Assembly: GCA_051942205.1 (NCBI GenBank)
Contig: JAVECO010000196.1
Location: 1-40,593, forward strand
DNA length: 40,593 nt
Reading direction: 5' to 3'
From: Coniocarpon cinnabarinum
Taxonomy: Eukaryota
The translations under genes were made by a program, and so were the position numbers. Numbering within the stretch: position 1 is the stretch's first letter; every line of letters starts with the position of its first letter. The notes below the pieces were generated by a model that saw only the letters and a list, made by a program, of their open reading frames with translations, was not told where the DNA came from and made no database searches. This document shows positions 34,647-40,593 of the stretch, piece by piece.

Positions 34647-35989
34647 ATGGCACCACCATTCCGAGCAGACCAGGTGGGGTCTCTCTTGCGCCCTAAAGAG
34701 CTTCTCGAAGCACGATGGTCGCCGGGAAGCTCATGGAACGCCAGACCTGATGCGAGCGCCAGAGAAGTCGAGAAGAAGGCCATCGCCGACATTGTAAAGC
34801 AACAGCTAAAACGCAGCATCACGCCCATCACATCCGGCGAGTATGAACGCACGATTTTCTATGGGTCCTTCTTCGACGCCATGTCAGGTTTCGAGGACGT
34901 CTACGTCGAAAGTCTCAATCACAGGCCAGGCCTTCCAACGGCTCGCCAGCTCCATGACATGGGCATTACCGGTAAGAACGTCTGCATTGCCAAGCAGAAG
35001 ATCAAGTACGAAAGAAGCGCTTATCTCGATGATTGGCTCTACCTGCGCAGTCTCCTGCCGCAGGACCGCTGGAAGGACGCCAAAATGACCATCCCCTCGC
35101 CGACGTGGAATCACATGCAGATGCCCGACGGTCAGGCCTTCTCTGCGGGGGCCTACTCGAGCGACGCCGAGTACCTCTCCGATATGAGCGCTGCGGTGCG
35201 GCGGGAGATTCTTACACTCTACGATCATGGCCTACGAGTGGTGCAGATCGATGATCCAATGCTGCCTTCGTTCGCAGACGAGGAGTTCCAACAATTCTCC
35301 AAAACGAATGGATACGACCTCGATGCTCTGCTCGATCGGTACGTGAAGGCCCACAACGAGGTGCTGCGTGACCTGCCCCCTGATCTGCACGTTGGGCTCC
35401 ACATGTGCCGTGGCAACTTCCCCCACGCCGCCAAACTGTCGAGCAGTAGCTACGAGGCGGTGGCAGTGACGCTCTTCAAGAAGCTGGACTACCAGTACTA
35501 CTGCCTCGAGTACGATAGTCCTCGCGCGGGATCCCTCGCACCACTGCGACACCTACCTCCGAACAAAGCTGTGGTGCTAGGGGTTGTATCAACGATGACG
35601 GGGAAGCTCGAGGACCTGGACGAACTGAAAGCGAAAGTACATGAGGCAGCCAGGGTGATCGCTGAGGGGCAGAAGCGCACCCCTGAAGAAGCTCTCCGAG
35701 ATTGCCTCGCAGTGAGCCCACAGGTATGGCAACGTCTTTTATTTCTCTTACCCTTTTCTGCCCTTTGCAGCACTCGCAGGAGCAGGGGAGCAGCGACGAG
35801 AAGACGGTGTGCGGGGTGCATCGAGGGCGGCTCGCGTGCGGCAGCATTTACTAATGGGTCGTTTCTTGCTAGTGCGGGTTCGCGAGCTACGAGGGCAGCG
35901 CGGGTATCGGCGTGGACACGGAGGTAATGTGGGAGAAACTCGATTTGGTGAAAAGGCTCGCGGCAAGCCTCTGGCCGGTAGACGCATGA
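34647..35989 (+). CDS. Cobalamin-independent methionine synthase-like (UROD/MetE, catalytic barrel only); join(34647..35723,35873..35989)
   Basis: PPFRADQVGSLLRP, VQIDDP, Zn ligands HMCRGN and LEYD, and SPQ|CGFAS restored by intron 35724-35872. Confidence 0.93.
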
Positions 35990-37688
35990 GTAGGGGCAGC
36001 GAGCGTTGAAGTAGTAGCTGAGTGGTGTGGGCAGTCAGAGAGGCACGCGTGACGGTCCCGAAACGGTGGGGGCTGGTTGGGCGCGGGAACAGCGGAGGGC
36101 GAGACTTGCATAGACGCAGGCGGCTGACGAGAACGGCGATAGGCGCATGGCGTTTGCAGGCCGTCTCGTCTGGAGGAGTGCGCCTGTGTGGATGGGGAGA
36201 GAAGAGAAAGAGAGAGGGGAGGGAAAGAGCGCGGCGATTCGTTCAGGGAAGACGCTGCGGCGAGCGAGCGAGATTGATGTATGTAGGTGCGAGATAGTGG
36301 AAGATTTTCTGATGAGCTCCCCTGCAGCAGCATCGTTGAATGGCGCCTTTCCGTTGTGTGGAGTGCCGACACAAGAGGGAAGTACCGGGACGAAGAGTCG
36401 CAGAGTGACACAGCGCTGCTGGTGGAGGAGGTCGGCGCTCGTGGTGCGCCGCCAACGCCGCCTCCGGGCCAGGCACAAGCGACGCGTGGAGGGTGTTGGC
36501 AAGGGCGCAGACGTTTCAGCAGGCTCAGGTGGTGATTCAAGAGGCGCGCCTCGTGGGGAAAGCTTGTGAGTGAGATGGGAGCACCACGGTGAGGACAAGA
36601 GAGAAAGACGGCAAGGCTAGGGTTAGTGGAGGTTGGGGGAGAGCGTTTGAGCTGGCACGCCAGGGGCTGCGGGCCAGATCTGCCACTAGCGTCGCCTAGC
36701 CTCCCGGCGTTTCCCCTTCCGGACGTTTCGCCCTACATCACCCGGCGCTAGCGGCCTCTCTTCCGGCGTAGCGCTCCCGTCGCGGGCCTCGATCGGGAAA
36801 TCCGTCACTCGCGACGAGCAGGATGACACGTGGTTCTTCTCCCACACGCGCCCGCCGAGGGAGCGAGCGAGGGACGGAGGGGGAGCAGAATGGATGGGCC
36901 GGCTGCTCCACGCGCTCATGGGCCCAGCTCTCGCCCACGCGGCACGCTCAGCGACGACAACGACTCTCTGGGCCACGCCGGCCACATCCATCCATCCATC
37001 CCTCGTTTCCTTGGACAGCGAAACGTGCCGGCACGCGGAGCAGGAGTAGAGGAGCAGCACCTTGCCTGTCCCACCATACAAGGCACGCCCCTCTGCTTCC
37101 CTCGCCGGCCGACGTGCTCTCTTCCTTTTCTCTTGATCTCTTTCTCTCTCCTTACCTGCTGAAGCTACTGCTAGGACGACGACAGCGACGTCGCCAGCGT
37201 GTCAGCACGTCGCTCCTTTCACACGCCATTCACCCTACCACTAATACGCTCCCTATTCGTAATTGTACTACTCGGCTCGAGCCAAGCCACGCAAACACAT
37301 TCCATCTGACGGTCCTCTATTATTATACTACCACGGAGCTGTGTCTTCGCTGGGGCCGCTGCTGGGTCCGGCCACGTCTTCCTACTATCTACTTGTTCTC
37401 TTGTGCGGACCCTAGAGGGGTATCACGCCAATTGTCATTCTCTTGATCCTCTCCCCTCACCACCAGACACCGTACGCCCCAATCTGCTATCGCTGCTCCT
37501 GCGGCGTCGCCACCCCACAATCTGAAGAGAAAGAGGCCACGTTCGTTCTTGCGCACCCACGCACACTTCTCGCACCATCCCAGGATCCTTTATTATTTCT
37601 TTGTCTGTGCCCGAGCTTGCCAGCGCACACGCCTCGACACACCACCGGCGAAGCTCCAGCTGCAACGTATGCCGTTCTCCTCGACACA

Positions 37689-40205
37689 ATGTCTGCAGCC
37701 TACAGGCCAGGTAGCTTCTCCACCACCTACCAGCTTCAGCCAACACTGCCCCGTCTGACACGCCTGGGCGCGCCGACAGACACGCACTTTGCTGATGCCG
37801 ACGCATTCCCCAAGTCTGCACCTCCAGAACCACATCACTACGCATCATCGTCGGCGTCGTCTTTCCCAGCGCTACATTCCGGAGCCATTCCCAACGCTCG
37901 ACCGTCATTGCCAGCACTTGACACGAATCAACTGCCCCCACTGCCACTACCACCGTTTCTGCCGGGCTTCGTCGCGGGCACGAAGACCGGCAAATCCTCA
38001 ACGCCCAGCACGTACAGCAGCACGTCGAGCTCGTTGAGCAGGAGGAGGAGTCGAAGTTACTCGGCGGAGAGTGATGCGGAGACGCCGCCGAGTTCGAGGT
38101 CGTCGGCCAGCGTCCAGAGTGGATATGGAACGAAACCGCAAGGTCGGTGGGGTGCAAATACTCCTGCGCCGTCCGCGACCCCGGCGGTGCACATGACACC
38201 ACAGCCCGGACAGATGTCGCGGAAGGCCTCGACAGCGTCAGAGTGGTCGTGGGCGCCGAGTGTATACCAGCCGCAAACGCAGTTGCAACCTAGACACTTT
38301 GTTCAGCAGAAGCCGCGCAGCTCGACCGCACCCGTGCAAAGACCGGCTGGGCCAGAGCAGGCAGCGTCACAGTATTCAATGCCTGGGACAGCGCTCAACT
38401 CACCGCCGACGTTCGTCACGCCTCATACCGCGCCCAACTCACCTCCGCAATTCACGTCGCCTTCTCTTGCAAACTCACCACCGCAGTCTCTCACTCCTCA
38501 AGTCCCTCAGAGCTCGCGCACGCCTTCACGTTTTGCGACCCCTCACACTGCGCCCAGCTCGCCTCCCTTCGGCGTCACGTATAATCCCATGTTTGCCAGT
38601 CCTCCGGAATACGAACGCACATATCGATCGTCGTCCGAGCCACAAGCACCCTCATTCCGCTCAGCGAGAGATCCATCTCCTCAGTCGTCGATCCGACGAA
38701 CACAGTCTCCTTTGTCTTACCTGCCTGAACAAGCCTACGCACCGCCACCACTACGCACATCAAAGAGCGTCGCATCGTTGCGCCAGTCGAGATCGACAAC
38801 TTCTTCATTCACTGCATCACGACCTACCACACCCTTCAGCGTTCCCTCGCGTCCACGACATGCTCACAAGACGTCTTCCGTCTACTCTCGTATACCAGAC
38901 AGCATCAATGATGCCTTTACGAGCGACGAGCCGCTGCCCGGCGCTTTTCCAGAAACACCTGCTGAGCTCGCAAGCACTCCAGTGTGCACACCTCTCCCCC
39001 CTAGCAGGCCCATGAGCCCCACCGAGCTTCCCATGAGCGATTCGGAGATCGGCTCAGTCTGGTCGCACGCATGCCTCCTGTACCACAACGGCAAAGTTGC
39101 TGACGCCGTGACCATGCTCCATCAGGTGCATCAACGACCCGGAGCCGAGCAACTCACCATGGCCCGTCTCAACATCAACATTGGTATCATGTCTGAGAGC
39201 CTCTCCACGAGTCGCAACGCAGCTGGTGTGGCTCCCGCGCAGACGACACAACTCATGATCGAGGCTTTCCAAGCCGCTGTGAAACACTCTCCAGACGGTC
39301 CAGAAGGCGCACTCGCCACCTTTCTCCTCGGCTGCGCCCTCTACGATAACCAAGACTTTGACAAAGCCGCCGCGTGCTTCGACATGTGCGAGGCCATCTT
39401 CGGCGGCGAGCAGGACGTCATGAACTACCGCATGTCGAGTAATGATGAAGGGTTCATCCCCGGTCATCGACCCAGTGCGCTCGAAGGCGGTGAGAGGATT
39501 GATCTCCGTGCGCGCATGGGCATGCACTATACCCTCCACCTAACCATGGTGCGAGAGAACTACCACGTCGCGCAGGAGCGATCACGGATTCCTGCATACC
39601 TCGGTACAAACCGCGGCTTACATCGCATCCCCTCAGGGCTGCTGATCGAAGAGCCCTTCCCACGCGAATCACAGACACTCTCGCCGCTCTCCGAATTCGA
39701 CGAAGAATCCGACGAGGACGAAACCATCGAAGACACGGAAAGTGAATTCGACGCCGCTATGCGAACGGTCACAGAGTCTTTGGCACCGTCCGGCGCCGGA
39801 TCCGGCATGGAACTCCCAGATATCCGCCTCGATCTCGGATCGCCAGGGCCTGCGCACCCCAAGCACCTGCCCAAACCCAGCATGCCGCGCCGCCGCTCGA
39901 CCAAGAAGCTCGACCGGCAAGAGCTCGAGCGTCGGCGCGAAGCCCGGCGGACGCGCATTCTGATCAAACTAGGGGATCTGCGGTTGATGAAGCCGCTCCC
40001 GCCTTTGCCGCATGAGCGGCAGGCGTACGAGAAGAAACAGGGCCATGCGCACGGCCATGGTCATCACCACCATGGTCATGGACATGGGCACGGCAAAAGA
40101 CAGATGTCCCGCGCGCCGACGCCGGATATTCCGCCGGTGCCGAAGCTGCCCAAGGTGCCGCCGTTGCCCGTCGCCAAGGTGATGGGTGGCATGGCTTTTG
40201 TGTAG
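37689..40205 (+). CDS. Pro/Ser-rich protein with divergent NoxR/p67phox-like TPR module
   Basis: 838-aa ORF from ATG 37689. Disordered N-terminal half, a helical TPR-like block at 39045-39656, then an acidic, basic, His-Gly and Pro-rich tail. Confidence 0.8.
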   Translation: MSAAYRPGSFSTTYQLQPTLPRLTRLGAPTDTHFADADAFPKSAPPEPHHYASSSASSFPALHSGAIPNARPSLPALDTNQLPPLPLPPFLPGFVAGTKTGKSSTPSTYSSTSSSLSRRRSRSYSAESDAETPPSSRSSASVQSGYGTKPQGRWGANTPAPSATPAVHMTPQPGQMSRKASTASEWSWAPSVYQPQTQLQPRHFVQQKPRSSTAPVQRPAGPEQAASQYSMPGTALNSPPTFVTPHTAPNSPPQFTSPSLANSPPQSLTPQVPQSSRTPSRFATPHTAPSSPPFGVTYNPMFASPPEYERTYRSSSEPQAPSFRSARDPSPQSSIRRTQSPLSYLPEQAYAPPPLRTSKSVASLRQSRSTTSSFTASRPTTPFSVPSRPRHAHKTSSVYSRIPDSINDAFTSDEPLPGAFPETPAELASTPVCTPLPPSRPMSPTELPMSDSEIGSVWSHACLLYHNGKVADAVTMLHQVHQRPGAEQLTMARLNINIGIMSESLSTSRNAAGVAPAQTTQLMIEAFQAAVKHSPDGPEGALATFLLGCALYDNQDFDKAAACFDMCEAIFGGEQDVMNYRMSSNDEGFIPGHRPSALEGGERIDLRARMGMHYTLHLTMVRENYHVAQERSRIPAYLGTNRGLHRIPSGLLIEEPFPRESQTLSPLSEFDEESDEDETIEDTESEFDAAMRTVTESLAPSGAGSGMELPDIRLDLGSPGPAHPKHLPKPSMPRRRSTKKLDRQELERRREARRTRILIKLGDLRLMKPLPPLPHERQAYEKKQGHAHGHGHHHHGHGHGHGKRQMSRAPTPDIPPVPKLPKVPPLPVAKVMGGMAFV
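40041..40094 (+). repeat. His-Gly low-complexity coding repeat
   Basis: Encodes GHAHGHGHHHHGHGHGHG. Confidence 0.9.
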
Positions 40206-40593
40206 GATGGTGCCCTTGTGGTAGAAAGAGATGGATTGAAGGGATTTGAAACGAAAGTGGTATACGATCCTTACTTAATCTTGTATTAATAGACTTTACC
40301 ATCTTAACGAGGAACTTGGTGAGTGGAGGTGTGAGTAGCAGCAATGCTGAGATTGGCAAAAGCCGTAAAATCATTATTCTTCTTCTGTACCTTGGTGCTG
40401 CATTGAAGCCGTAAAGACTTTGTGTAGGGACAAGAACAGACTTACAGGGGGGCAAAATGTTAGGGATGAGCGGGATGGTGGGAGGAAGGTAGGGAGGGAA
40501 GGGGGGATCACTTCTTCAAAACGTCAGCGGCCTTTGCGCTAGATTACTTGCAGTTGACAGATTGTGATATTGAAGTCCTGGTAGGTCCAAGGA

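Noticed and set aside
35724..35927. Unspliced 448-aa C-terminus of the MetE-like ORF in the ORF track
   Set aside because: This is intron read-through; splicing restores the conserved SPQCGFAS motif.
35887..37446. Overlapping ORFs on both strands in a GC-rich interval
   Set aside because: High GC makes long stop-free frames likely, and the translations are low-complexity. Probably UTR or promoter DNA.

Overview
This is fungal (filamentous ascomycete) genomic DNA with short spliceosomal introns (GT..CTRAC..AG). It has an AT/TpA-rich, RIP-like left end and a possibly RIP-damaged right end. About 16 protein-coding loci are supportable: a DUF1772/anthrone-oxygenase-like protein; an intradiol (catechol/hydroxyquinol-type) dioxygenase; a tandem trio of divergent paralogs of unknown function; a 4-exon single-pass membrane protein; an NmrA/isoflavone-reductase-like protein; two small zinc-finger proteins; an atypical SDR; EMC1; a pyridoxal-reductase-like aldo-keto reductase transcribed divergently from Cu/Zn SOD1; a peroxisomal 4CL-like CoA ligase; a single-barrel MetE-like protein; and a large Pro/Ser-rich protein containing a divergent NoxR/p67phox-like TPR module. 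No rRNA, tRNA, CRISPR array or intact transposon was recognised. The most notable items are the NoxR-like protein lacking a PB1 domain, the paralog trio whose middle copy appears to have a decayed N-terminus, and a spliced zinc-ribbon microprotein that the ORF track misses. Family assignments come from recalled motifs, not database searches.
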